A DNA stretch of 64,000 nt from Peribolospora baueri (lineage: Eukaryota): NCBI GenBank assembly GCA_029717555.1, contig JAMDHS010000085.1, forward strand, positions 1 to 64,000. Direction: 5' to 3'. The position numbers were made by a program, and so were the translations under genes. Under the pieces are notes generated by a model that saw nothing but the letters and a program-made list of their open reading frames with translations, was not told the DNA's origin and did not search any database. Below, piece by piece: positions 41,690 to 53,480 of the stretch. Every line of letters starts with the position of its first letter. The stretch's first letter is position 1.

Positions 41690-41831
41690 GCGATATTACA
41701 GTCGCTTTACGGGCGCGTTACGGGCGCATTACGGTCGCGTCCAAGTCGCATTGCAACCGTTGCATTACAGTCGCATTACAGTTGCATCACAGTCGCATTA
41801 CAGCCGTATTATCGCATTTACACTCGCATTC
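41690..41831. repeat. Degenerate 11-bp tandem array (consensus CGCATTACAGT), about a dozen copies, upstream of ACL1
   Basis: gcattacagtcgcattacagttgcatcacagtcgcattacagc etc. Confidence 0.75.
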
Positions 41832-41936
41832 ATTAGATCTCGTTGGGGCCGGCCGACAGACGGGCCGACGCTGCGACCGACAGTCCGCCTTTTCATTCAG
41901 CCACAGCCACGCGCGACCGAGCAAACAAAAAAAAAC

Positions 41937-41972
41937 CAAAATAAAATAAAATAAAAATAAAAATAAAATAAA
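41937..41972. repeat. (AAAAT)n microsatellite
   Basis: Read directly from the sequence. Confidence 0.85.
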
Positions 41973-42239
41973 TGAAAAAAATGAAAAAAATGAGAAGAAG
42001 CGAGAGGCCCAAAAATGGCCCGCTCGCATGCGCCACATTCGTCCGTCCCAGTCTTACGCGGTGCCCTTCCACTCCATCTTCATCTTCATCTTACGCCGTT
42101 CACTCAGCACCGTCGGTGGGCCAGGGTTACACCGTCGTCATGGACTTGGCGTAGTCAGACGACGGATGCACAGATAGACAGGCAGACGGATTTACAGACA
42201 CATAGCAGTCCGTCAGACAGACAGACAGACTCAGTCAGA

Positions 42240-42312
42240 CAGTCAGTCAGTCAGTCAGTCAGTCAGTCAGTCAGTCAGTCAGTCAGTCAGTCAGTCAGTC
42301 AGTCAGTCAGTC
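42240..42312. repeat. (CAGT)n microsatellite within a CAGA/CAGT-rich tract
   Basis: About 18 perfect units. Confidence 0.95.
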
Positions 42313-42670
42313 GAACGGACAGACAGATAGACACACAGAATCAGTCACGCAGTCAGTAGTCAGAACCTATCAGACAGACAGAGAGTTCCGTCACTGCCAA
42401 CGTCAGCCCAACGGCACTCCCTCCCTCAGACAGGCACAGAGTAACACAGACTACCACGCTTTCCAGCGCCCGACCCAACACGCAACGCAACGCTGCATAT
42501 CCCACGTCCATCTCTCCACATCCATCTCCCTCCAAACAAGGCTCCCAGCTTCATTTTTGCATGCGCACGTAACAGTACACCGTCATAGAGGGGCGAGGAG
42601 GAGAAGAAGAAGGAAAGAGGAAAGCATAGCTAGCTAGAGTCGGAATGGCATACCCCGTCCAATCCTCCTT

Positions 42671-43395
42671 TCACTTCTTCGCCTTCTTGCCCACCTCGAC
42701 GACGTGCAGACCTGTGTCACACATTCGAAACCAAAATCGGTGTCAGCCCGACGTCCAGACGGTCCCCGGTAAGCCAGACGCACGTCATCACCCGGTGCAA
42801 GCCGTGTACATGCTTCCTCCCCGAGCACCGCGCCGACCGCCATCCACGCCGACCCGACAGCGCACAACCCGCCCGGCTCGCACCCGCCTCGTCGTCCGAC
42901 GCACCGACACAAGCGCCAAACCCAAGTCAAACCCAAGTCAAACCCGCACACTCACCAGGGGGAAGGCTCTGCTTGAGCTTCTCCGCCTTCTCCGCGTCAT
43001 CGACGACAAGCGTGTAGAGGTAGCGCGAGCATCGTACCTTGAACTTGGTCTGCCGAGCGCCCGGCTTGACGGCTGCGTTCTTCTTGATGCGAACGGCTAC
43101 ATGGCCGGCAAGGGAGAGAAGGAAAGAGTAAGAAGATGGCCGGGCAAGGGAGGAGGAAAGAGTAAGAAAGCCGGACCCGTATCGGCCCCCTTCGTCCCAC
43201 CACTCACACTGAGCGTCCTTCCGGCGCGCGACCTCGAGGAACTGCTTAATGTCGGTGATCTGCTTCGGCTGTCGAGACGAGCGAAGGAAGGAACGACAAG
43301 GCAGAACAGAACAGAACGGCGTCAGGCACCTCGTCCGTCGGTCAGTCCGCCTCCATCGATCCAAAGCCGCCGTGCCGCTCGCCCTCGCTCACCAT
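42671..43395 (-). CDS. RPL38: 60S ribosomal protein L38, 4 exons (first coding exon is ATG only)
   Basis: [19 protein letters not shown] / VRIKKN...[32 protein letters not shown] / [12 protein letters not shown]. Confidence 0.96.
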
Positions 43396-43733
43396 TTCGA
43401 TAACGGTCTATCGCGAAAGGTCTTGAGGTGGTTTGTGGATCGCACGACGGCGCACCAGAAGGGAAAACTTCTTCTGCCAGCCCTGCCGGCCAGGGCCCGG
43501 TTGCCGCAGCGTGCGAAGAATCAAGCTGACAGCCGCAGTCGGCGTTCGCAGCCGCAGCCACGCGGAGAAGCGCGGGGCCTCGTCGGTCCAGTCAAGTGGC
43601 CCGTTCGGCCCAGATGCTTGCCGCAGCCACGGAGTCACTCACTCCACCCACGCGCTCGCTCCGCCTGCTCAGACTTACGCCGACAGCAAAGCGGGGAGCA
43701 TATAAATATAACAAGGAGCGGCTCGCCTCGTCG

Positions 43734-44691
43734 ATGACCGCTCCTCCTCTCGATCGCCTCAGCATGCCCCTCAACACAGCCGTCGGCCGGTCCGCCAAGC
43801 CGCCCGCGCCCCTCGGCGCCCACAAAGATACCCCGCCGGAAGAGTACGATATCAATTTTTGTTTCGATGTGCCCGAGGTGATGGAGAACGACAGAGTGCG
43901 ACTCGAAGTCTTTGTGGTGAGCAGAGCCTTGCCTTGCCTTTCCTCGTATTTGCCTCGTATCGCGTCGCATCGCGTCGCATCGTCGTCCGTCCACCGCCCT
44001 CACCTCTTGCCTGCCCCTCCGCCAGCCTTCCCTACACGCTCCTGCCTGGTTCGACGCCAGCTCGGCCTATAGAGACAACTTTGCATACCTTCCCTACGGA
44101 CCCTGGGACACCCTTGACCATTTTCTCGCCTGGTTCGAGGACCGCATCCGTTCGACTCCCGGGGAGATCATGTATGTCATCAAGGACAAGCTCCGCACCG
44201 TCGACGGTCTCCACACGCCCTCCGGCTCGCTAGCAGGCGTCATCGGACTCCTCAATTCCTCCCCTGACCACCTCACCACCGAGATTGGCCATGTTTCCAT
44301 CCTCCCTCCTTTTCAACGAACGTATGTCACCACCAACGCATGTGGTCTCCTTTTGCACCTCGCCTTAGACCCCCCCGGCACCGCTGCCGGCCTCCGTCTC
44401 CGTCGGGTCATGTGGACGTGCAACGCCGCCAACTTGCCCTCCCGAGCCGCCGCCGAAAGGCTCGGCTTCACCTTGGAGGGCACCGCCAGGTGGCACAGGG
44501 TCCTCCCGCCCCACAAGGCCGGACTCGCGTCCGCCTCCGCCGGCCTCGCTGCTTCCGCCGACGTCCAACAACTCATCAGAGACGAAGAGGCCCGCCGAGG
44601 CCCCGCCCGACACACACCCGTCCTCTCCCTCTGCTGGGACGACTGGCAACGCGCCGGCAAAAGCAGGGTCCAAGCGCTCATGAACCGCTGA
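43734..44691 (+). CDS. GNAT family (RimJ/RimL-like) acetyltransferase
   Basis: TEIGHVSILPPFQRTYVTTNACGLLL...LRRVMWTCNAANLPSRAAAERLGFTLEG. Confidence 0.9.
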
Positions 44692-44846
44692 TTTCGAAAC
44701 ACATCGAGTGGATATGATGTAGACATCGCCGCCTAGATTGGAAATGGAAATGCAAGGAAGGACCGCTACGAAACGCTGCTTTTTTTCCCTGTTATGCTGC
44801 GGGGCCTTGCGCGCGTGAGACCGTTTCGTGATCATCACATCGTGCC

Positions 44847-46682
44847 CTAACTCGCCCATCCGTCATCCGAGGCCGAAGAGGACGAGGCAAAGGGGGCGAA
44901 AGAATTCACACTCTTGGCCGGTTTCAGCGCGTACGTCGCCAGGCGACCCGCCGCCGACCCTTCTCCCACGTCCCCGTCCCCGCTGACCTTCTCCGCCCTC
45001 GTGTCCTCCGCCCATAACGCTGTCGGCTCAAAGACGGTAACATTGTACGCGCCCGGATCGCCGAGGTCGTAGCAAAACTCTTTCTTCACCTCCATCTCCG
45101 TCCTCGCCTCCGCATTCGCGCTTGCCCTTGCCCGGTCGAGCGGCAGTTTGAAAGAGCCGGGAGATCGCTTCTGCACGCCGAGCGATCGACCGGCGGCTTT
45201 CTTACGAGGAGGCGCCAACGACGGCGAGTCGCTCTGTTTCCTCTTGGAGACCGGGAGCGGGAGCGTGGACCACGGCCGTCGGTTCGACCTCGACGATCTG
45301 CGCCTCCACGTCGAGATCGCGCCGGGCTCATGATGGTCTCGCGTGAGCGGGAGCCTTTGCCGGTCCTCGTGCCTGTCTTGCTGCGACGCTGACGAGAAGG
45401 ACGGCGGCGGGGAGCCTGATTCGAATGACCAACTTTAGCGGCCTTGTCCACGTGTCGCATCGCATCGAAGCCTCCGTCTGGATCCGAGTGGCTCCGGCTC
45501 ACTGCATGTCGTGACCAGACCTTCGTGGCAAGATTCTGTCGCGCGAGGAAGGTACGCCCCGTCGCGAACCCTGTCTGGCTGTTTGTCTTTGAGCTGCTCG
45601 CGTCCACTCCAACGCGCGAGGACAGCGCTCTCCGACGTTCGCTGTTCGCGGCGGTCGTCGTCTTGGTCGCTTAGTCCTGAGTTGGGCGTGCTGACGACCC
45701 AACTGGGGAGCGTTGTCGGAGATGGTTCAGGCAACGACGATAGAGGACTACAGGGCCCGTTTCCAACTGACGTTGGGTTCAAGGTGAGAGGACGGGAGTG
45801 AGCGCCCAGAGCAAAATGCCGGTGACATGCCCCGCGCAACCGCCTTGCCTGGTAAAACGTGCAAAGTCTCCGCCCTCGGTTGCGACGTTTCATCACCCAT
45901 TCGGTTGGCAATGGGACTTCACCACCCCGATGATAACGGGTGAAAAAGGTTCGAACCGAACCGTCCGTCGTTCGCCGGGACGAGGGCATTCGGATACGAA
46001 ACTACGGAGGAAGTTTGGGACGACCTCGAGTGGAAAGAGCCCGACTCACCTTCCGATGGAGGAGCCGTCGACGATGAGAGTACAATCGGGGAAGAACCCG
46101 CGACCGTCCGGAGCTTGCTGCTACACCAGTGAGGTCCTGGCGAGGTGTGTATATGCGTCGTCTGAAGCGCCGTTTCTGCTGTACGTGCTGGTGAAAACGC
46201 CAGAGGCCGCTGGCCGTCCGTGGCAGTAAATGACGACCCATCGACAGGTTGATCAATTATGTCTCGAGTCGTCTGGACAAACGTAGCGCCGACGGAGTCC
46301 GTCTGCCGAGCCGGTGCCAGTTTGAGGACGTGCGCCTTGGCGTCCGAGAAATCTCCTTGGGAAGCGTCCATCGGGGCGGCCATGCGAGAACGGAGGATCT
46401 GTGCGTTACGAGAGGCGATCGAGAAAGGATTGTCCACGAATCGGGTCATTTCCTCCACGCGACCGATGTCGATCTACAAAGGAGGAGGTGAAGATGATGT
46501 GTGTACGTATCTGCCGAACAAACGCTCGATGACGGTGGGGTAGAAGAAACGAGATGAAAACGCCGGTCGCTCACGAGCTCGTCGAACGCATCCTCCCCCT
46601 CTATCCCAAGCTGGGAGGCAGAGTCTTCGTCTGAATCGGAGGCAAAGTCGACCTCGCGCATGGACGTCGTCCACCCGGTCAT
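44847..46682 (-). CDS. Hypothetical low-complexity protein (exon structure uncertain)
   Basis: Spliceable N-terminus MTGWTTSMREVDFASDSDED...DEL / IDIGRVEEMTRFVDNPFSIASRNA, followed by long minus-strand ORFs. Confidence 0.4.
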
Positions 46683-47261
46683 GGCGGGTAGGTGGGGCAG
46701 TGATCAGAGGGAAGGTCTGTAACGAGGGAGATTGTCCATCTAATGCGTCAGCAGAAGGCCCCCAGTCCGCCGATAAACTGGAAGGTGAGCAAAGGCGGAC
46801 GAGGGTTAATCTCTGACCTCGAAGCGAAATGGAGACGAGTGCGAAACGGTCTGCGTCGTCGACACCGACGTCAAGGGAGTTTGGAAGGACGTGGACGGGA
46901 CGTGAAAAAGGATTGTGCAGCTGGGCGGAATGAACCGCTGGAAATGCAATTTATATGAGAGAACGATTTGCGACAAGGTGAGTGTTGACCGAAGTCGAGG
47001 TCGACGGACAACAGGCGGGCTCTATTTCTATTTACACGACGCGATCGCTGTTGGAAATGTCGAGGACGACAGCGCGACTGGCACCGTGTGTTGGTGACCA
47101 GCACGAGAAAGGACAACACAGCTGGTGATGGCCGGTTGTGTCCGGTGAAGACCGACATTGTTGGCTGCGGTTTGCACAGCCACTCGCGCTCCTGCTGTGC
47201 TACTCTATCCAAATACCAATCATTGTCAAACACACCTCTCAGCTAACAGTTTAGCCGCTCT

Positions 47262-47531
47262 GCAAGCGATTTATAACAGGTTATGAGCACAGTTTCAGCA
47301 AGAACAGGCGACAAGGGGACTGGGACGTCTTCAGCAGGCAATCTCGGGTCAGATGCGCCTAAACTCGGGTCAGCGACGCCGATTAGGGACCAACCGAAGA
47401 TCGCAAACATGGTCAAGGGCGTCAAGGAGACCGCTTTGCTGTCGTTACAGGGAGTACAAAAGCTCAATGCGGCAAACTACAGTAGCTGGAGGAATAAAAT
47501 GATCACCATGCTCCGAGCGACAGGACTCTAG
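47262..47531 (+). mobile_element. Ty1/copia fragment: LTR end, PBS and gag N-terminus
   Basis: ...TTATAACA followed by GGTTATGAGC (47279, initiator-tRNA half-molecule type PBS). ORF contains KLNAANYSSWRNKMITMLRATGL*. Confidence 0.8.
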
Positions 47532-47640
47532 TTCTTTATCGACCTCCAGCTACTGCAGTTTGCCGCATTGAGCTTTTGTACTCCCTGCAACGACAGCAAA
47601 GCGGTCTCCTTGACGCCCTTGACCATGTTTGCGATCTTCG
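47395..47640. repeat. Fold-back inverted repeat: 98-bp arms (47395-47492 / 47543-47640), 2 mismatches, 50-nt loop
   Basis: Manual reverse-complement alignment. Confidence 0.95.
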
Positions 47641-47944
47641 ACATTGACGATGTGGTCAGTTACCACTCGAACGAGGTCGAGAGGGATGCAGCGGGCATGA
47701 ACTACGACCGCGTTCTCGCGATTTCGTCCGAGTGATAGCTTACCGCATCCTCGATGTCGATCTCCGGTTCATTGGGGTCCCTGCAGCGATTTATAACAAT
47801 CGCGACCTCGTCCACGAACGCGATGGCGCGCTATACGACCCTAGCCCTCGCTTCCTTGTTGCCCTCCATGTTCATGCCGCAACTCTTCTTACACACAGCT
47901 TCTTGGACATGACCCGTAAGAGGGTCTCCTACTCTGCACTCCCC

Positions 47945-48308
47945 TCGTGCTGGGCAGGACACAGGCGCTCGTGTACATCGACGACGTAGTCGTCGACTCC
48001 ACCGACATGACGGACCACGCCGACGCCGTCGACAGTCTCCTCACCGCTGCCGAACGCGTCGGTCTCACCTTCTCGGTCGCAAAGTGCCACTTCGCTTTCC
48101 CCTCGCTGCGAGCTCCTCGTCCGCCAGATTTCGCAGCACGGGGTCTCCATCGTATCCGATCGCGTGGAAGCGGTCCGGGACAAGCCGCCTCCGAAGAACC
48201 TCAATCAGCTCTGCATCGTGCTCGGGTTGTTTGGCTATTACCGCTCTTTCATCCCCGAGTTCTCCTTGATCGCCGAACCTCTCACGCGGTTCACCAAAGG
48301 CATGCGGT
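47945..48308 (+). mobile_element. Ty3/gypsy reverse transcriptase fragment (frameshifted)
   Basis: ALVYIDDVVV...GLTFSVAKCHF; RVEAVRDKPPPKNLNQL..VLGLFGYYRSFIPEFSLIAEPLT. Confidence 0.92.
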
Positions 48309-48460
48309 CGTTGTCATTTGCGCCGGTACCGCATGCCTTGGATGAGTCGCGTGAGATGTTCGGCGATCAAGGGGAACTTCGGGATGAAAGAGCGGTAGGA
48401 GCCAAACAACCCGAGCACGGTGTAGAGCGGCTTGAGGTTCTTCGCCGGCGGCTTGTCCCG
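48176..48460. repeat. Fold-back inverted repeat: 133-bp arms (48176-48308 / 48328-48460), ~16 mismatches, 19-nt loop
   Basis: Manual reverse-complement alignment. Confidence 0.93.
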
Positions 48461-49254
48461 TCTTGGATCTCAAGCGCGGAGGCAACGGTCTGTTCTACAT
48501 CTCGAGGCAAGAAGACTACTACGAACCCGAGGTGGGATGAGACGGTAGAGAGCCGGGCGGCCTGTACGCTCGCTGACCGTCGGACGTGTGGACGTGGCAG
48601 ATGATCCCCGGCAAGTTGTTCATCGGTGGATTCACCGTCACGCCCGTCCTTAGCCACCGCTCGTATATCCCGTCTCATGACTTGCCTTTGACCTGCGCAA
48701 CTGTCTCTTATCAAGCGTATCGCCGGCTTCAACTGCAAGTTCATCCCAGCCTTTGAAGGAATGCACCCGGCGTCAAATGAATGCTACGGCATTGCCAACG
48801 GAGAAACTCGTTCCTAGGCGTTCCCATCGTCGAGTCGTGTACACGAGACGAGAAAACGTGCAAGACGGATGGTCAGAAAAGTAAAAAGTGCGTTGGCGGA
48901 GGTGGACCCGCATTCCTTCCCAGCGTCCACACTCCCGACGATCACGACCCCGGGCACCCGTCGACCGCACTACACGTACTGCACAGCAGGCGACGTTGGC
49001 GTCTTGGGATGGCGTGAAAGGCAGAGTCGGCGGAAAAGGGTTTGTCGCTGGCCGACGCTGCATGTTGCGGGACGGTCTCAATAGGTTACCCGGGTGAGTC
49101 ACCGTCCTTCCGAAATGGTCGAGTATATGCATGTGCGCCTAGTTTCGTAAAGGTCGGTCGGTTCAGGTCCGCCTGAGTCAGGACTAACGAACGCTAAGCG
49201 CGCCACTGCTAAACATTCCGAAGACAACTCGCACACCGGAGGATTGTGGAGGCA

Positions 49255-49600
49255 GAGGACGTCAACTGTCGAGAGCGGTCCGTACGGGCGACGATGCGAA
49301 GAACGGTTGAGTTCGCAGGGAGGGCAGTGTTGGACGTAGTTGCTGACGGCGTGGACGGAGTTGAGGGAGGGCGGAGGCACGGCGGACACTGTTATAAGTC
49401 TCGTGGATCCCGGGATGAGCCGAGATCGTCACGACAAAGCTTCAGCACAGCTTTGCGGGCGACGCGGGGAACGCAGAGACGAAGGTGTCCGTCAGCGGGG
49501 TCGCAGAAGTAGAGAAGCCCGGCACGAAGAACGTAGTGGTTGTTGGTTGTGTCGGGAGGGGAAAGGCGGCGTTTCAATTCCTCGCCTAGCCTCCTTTTCA
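49255..49600 (-). mobile_element. Ty3/gypsy integrase N-terminal zinc-binding region relic
   Basis: YVLRAGLLYF...LRLCVPRVARKAVLKLCRDDLG...VSNYVQHCPPCELNRSSHRRPYGPL. Confidence 0.85.
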
Positions 49601-49759
49601 CGGTGCGTCAGGCGGAGAGACTGCCCTAAGAGCGGAGTAGGGAGTGCGGCATGCGCTGCCTGTGCGGGCGTGGCCAGTGTCACAGCATTGGCGGCCGCCA
49701 GCGGTCGCGAGGCCTGGACGCCCATCTGACGAGGTTTCACCGACGGGGAGTAGGACGTC

Positions 49760-50160
49760 CAACGCCTCACCACGAAATCATGGTGTGTGAAAACAATCTT
49801 GTTGTCGCCAACGTCGAGAATGACGCTATGGGCACTGATCCAAGAGGTGCCCAAGATGATGTCGTTCCAGCTAGCCAGTCGATCAGCCACTCGTCGCTCG
49901 AACCATCCGAGCGCGGGCCCTGAGAGCAACGAGCTCATAAGCTCGAGCCGGTTGGTCTCTGAGCACCGTGTCGTCACGCTTCGCACCAGGGAAAAGGCGA
50001 TTGAGGAGGCCTGGTCGATCATGGAAGGTCCCGATCCAGTATCGAAGCACGCGGGTTGCTTCGGTGATGGGAGTTGGGACTGGGCCGGAAGGTGACCTCT
50101 AGAAACTGTATACGAGATTGGACCAATACGGGGGAGAGAGCGGAATGGAATGGCAGCGAA
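49760..50160 (-). mobile_element. Ty3/gypsy aspartic protease relic with an embedded gag-like snippet
   Basis: ACFDTGSGPSMI...DIILGTSWISAHSVILD; internal SLLSGPALGWF. Confidence 0.75.
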
Positions 50161-50346
50161 GATCAATCAGATCGAGACGAGACAAAACCGGGTCCGTGCC
50201 CTGCGATATGCAGGAGGAGGAGGATCTGATCTCTCTTCTCGCCGTTGTTGCGTCGATCACTCCACCTCGCTTTCCTTCTTCCCTCCATCAGACGACGGTC
50301 GCCACTTCCTCCTTCAGCCACACCGTCCGCCCCATCTTGACATTGT

Positions 50347-51426
50347 ATGCCCCTGCCAACGCCGGCAGTCCCACCGCCATGGCTTCGCATCGCCGCCGGC
50401 CCCAGCCACAGAGCCTTCTCTCTCCTTCATCCAAGGTGCAATGAACGCCGCCCCGATCCCGATCCCGATCCCGATCGAACGAGCGCCGAGGACTGGTTGA
50501 AGCGAACGAGGACGAGGACGAGCACGGGTTGGAGGAAGGATGGCAGGGCTCGGCCGCTCGCCACTCGATGGCCGCCCGGCTTCGCATCCACCGTTTTGTC
50601 TTCGTCTCCGTCCACCTTCGATACCCTCTCGCCCACGCCCGCCGCCTCATCGATCACTCCCCCAACATCTCTACCGGGACCTGAACCACGGACGCCGTTG
50701 CCAGCCGAACGAACCTCGGACACCGCTGAGCATCCCCTAACCGCAAGAAGCGAGACCGGCGCGGGTGCTAGGGAGATGGAGCGACGGGAGAAGGAGGGGA
50801 TCGACGAGGCGAACGTCGTGCAGACTTCAAAGACCATCAGGGGTGTCAAGGTCCCCGCGAAACCTCTGCCGCCCGGTCCGGAAGGTGAGCATGGCGTGGC
50901 GTGGCGTAGCGTAGCGTAGCGTAGCCATGCCTGCGCCCGTCGTCTTCCGCTGTCGAAGAAGCTCACGACGGCCTTTTTCAGAGTGCTGCATGTCCGGCTG
51001 TGCCCACTGCGTATACGACATCTACGCAGACGACCTCTCCCTCTACCACTCACAGCTTTCCGACGCTCGCCACACTCTTTCAGCCCTCTTTCGATCCGCT
51101 TTGGGGTCGTCCAAGTCCCCTTCGGCAACGCGAAGGGCAGAGTTGGCTTCCGAATGGGATCGGGACGCTCTTGGCCAACCGCCTGCGTTTTTGAGAGGTC
51201 CGGGAGAGTCGGAGGAGGAGGGCGCTGGGGACAAGGTGGAGAAAGAGATGGACCAAGTCATCCAAGGCCTCGATCCTAGTATGAAGGTAGGCCAGCTTCG
51301 TCCGTTCATTCCTGCGCCGATCTTGTCTGTCACTGACTGGCAACGTCACGTCTCCCTCTCGACCGGGCCGGGCCCGCTCAGGCGTTTTTGGAGATGGAAC
51401 GTCGACTCAAGAATCAAAAGCGATAG
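50347..51426 (+). CDS. Oxidoreductase-like domain protein (OXLD1-like), probably mitochondrial
   Basis: Spliced GVKVPAKPLPPGPE/ECCMSGCAHCVYDIY; C-terminus DPSMK/AFLEMERRLK; Arg-rich N-terminus. Confidence 0.85.
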
Positions 51427-51555
51427 CACCTCGTTTGCCCGGCTAGGCCACCCAAGCTGTCTTCACAGGGTCCGTTCTGGACTTGATTCGACGACACCCG
51501 CATTGCACCCTGCTCACCACATCATGGATCACTCTTTACGGGGAGATACTGAGCT

Positions 51556-51990
51556 AGAGAAGCAGGAAGCGGAGGACATGATTGGAAACCGAATCGCAAT
51601 CGATGTCCTTGCAAAGGGTATATGCATACGCTTGGTCAAAAGTGCGACAAGTGGGAACGAGGTGAAACCGAAGGAATGGGGAGCAGCGATGCTGATGACG
51701 GGGCCGGATGGTCGACCAGGTCAACAGATCGTGCAAGTGTACCGAGCTTTTTTTTCTCTTCGTGCAAAGGCAACGAACGAACCGGACGTAATAATACAAG
51801 TTGCAGGAGAAGGGAGAAAGTGAAGAGAAGCAGGAAGCGGAGGACATGATTGGAAACCGAATCGCAATCGATGTCCTTGCAAAGGGTATATGCATACGCT
51901 TGGTCAAAAGTGCGACAAGTGGGAACGAGGTGAAACCGAAAGAATGGGGAGCAGTGATGTTGGTGGTCGACCAGGTCAACAGATCGTGCA
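51556..51990. repeat. Direct duplication of ~170-180 bp (51556-51735 and 51824-51990)
   Basis: Near-identical copies with one small indel and a few substitutions. Confidence 0.95.
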
Positions 51991-53027
51991 GCACCTGCAC
52001 GCTGGCACTTGCTCTCTGTTGCCCTTGAGATCTTCTAGAGGGACAGCAGCGCGTCAGTGACGCTACAGGAAAGGAGGAGCAACGCACCGGGACTGGACTG
52101 CTTTACTCGCCTTCGTCGTCATGTGTCATGCTCACAACTCGAATGGGCATGTGTACAATCGTTTGCGTGTTCGGCTTGAGACCCCGATCTGCTCCAAGGA
52201 CAGACAGAGGCGCCGCGACGCCGGCGCCGAGCCTCAGAGCGATCCTGTAGCCGCACGGGAAGAGAGAATATGAAGGGACTCTCACCTCGCATGGTCACCG
52301 TGTCGTCCAGTATGTGGCCGAGGTGCAGCAGCCGAAGGTACGCGGGCGAAGGTGGTTTGTCGTCTGGCCAGTCTGGAAAGCGCAACCAACGTCCTGTGGA
52401 TCAGCCCGCCGAACGCACGCACCCATGAACGGCCATGTCGACATTCGTCCGCGACTCACCCTGAGGCCACTCGTCCCAGACTCTCCTCTTCACCTCACCC
52501 GCCGTGCTATCCTGCTCAAACTCCCATACCTTGCGCTTGCCACTGACAAGCAGAATCTCAAGCCGAACCTTGGTCGGGTCAACGACAGCCAAAGAAGCGG
52601 GAGCGGGCATGGCGGGAGCTCGAATGGTAGAAGAAAGGGGCCGAGATCGAGGGGCGTCGTTGTCGTTGTCGTTCTCGTTGGGCGGCGTGGACTTGGGCTG
52701 CGGTGCGTTGACGCTCGTACCGGCGGCGTCGAGATTTGAAAGAACCGGCGGAGAAGATGGCGATGGCAACCCCGCTGCCGCTGCCTCCGTGGCTCCAGGA
52801 CCGAGACCGACGACTCCAGGCGGTTGTTGGTCTCCTCGCCCGTCCAGGCTCCGCGTCTTCTCGCCGTCGCTCCCGCTTTGCGCCTCTTCCACGCCTCGGC
52901 CAACGTCTCCATCTCCGGGCGACTGCGCTTCGGCAGCTGAGCCGACGATGTAGGCTTCCGAAGGACGTTGAACAGACGTCGTCGTTGGCAGGCCTACCTC
53001 TGACGTGAGTGGGCCAGAGCCGGCCAT
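51976..53027 (-). CDS. Membrane-anchored ubiquitin-fold protein (UBL3/MUB-like) with CaaX end
   Basis: VRLEILLVSGKRKVWEF...VWDEWP / PPSPAYLRLLHLGHILDD / TIVHM; spliced end ACRCCTIC*. Confidence 0.85.
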
Positions 53028-53480
53028 GATATGATGTCTAGAGGATGCTTGGACACGCTGGACGCTGACCGCGCAGTCAGGATCGCTGATCAAAATGGCT
53101 ACTGGAAGTGGGGCAATACGCAGGATGACGAGGGCAGGTGGGCGAGAAGGGCTGGACAGAGACGAGAAGGGCAGGCGTGAGTGGGAAGTGGGCGATGGAG
53201 AAGATGTGTGCGACGATCGAGTCTGCGGGCGTCGCCATCGTAGGAACCATTTTTCTACCGCGCTCGATCCACGCGTCGTCGTGCGGGGTTCGCGTGAGTA
53301 GCAAGCACGGGTCGCCTATGGATACCAACTCTGGGACGACGTTGAAAATACATGTCCAGCAACTGACTACGTTCTCCCTTCCTTCTCCGTCGTCGACGCG
53401 GTCAAATCATTCAACGGAATGAACCTTCATGGCCATTATCGTACAGACGTTCGAACACTCCCTAACAGCGTCCCCCCACT

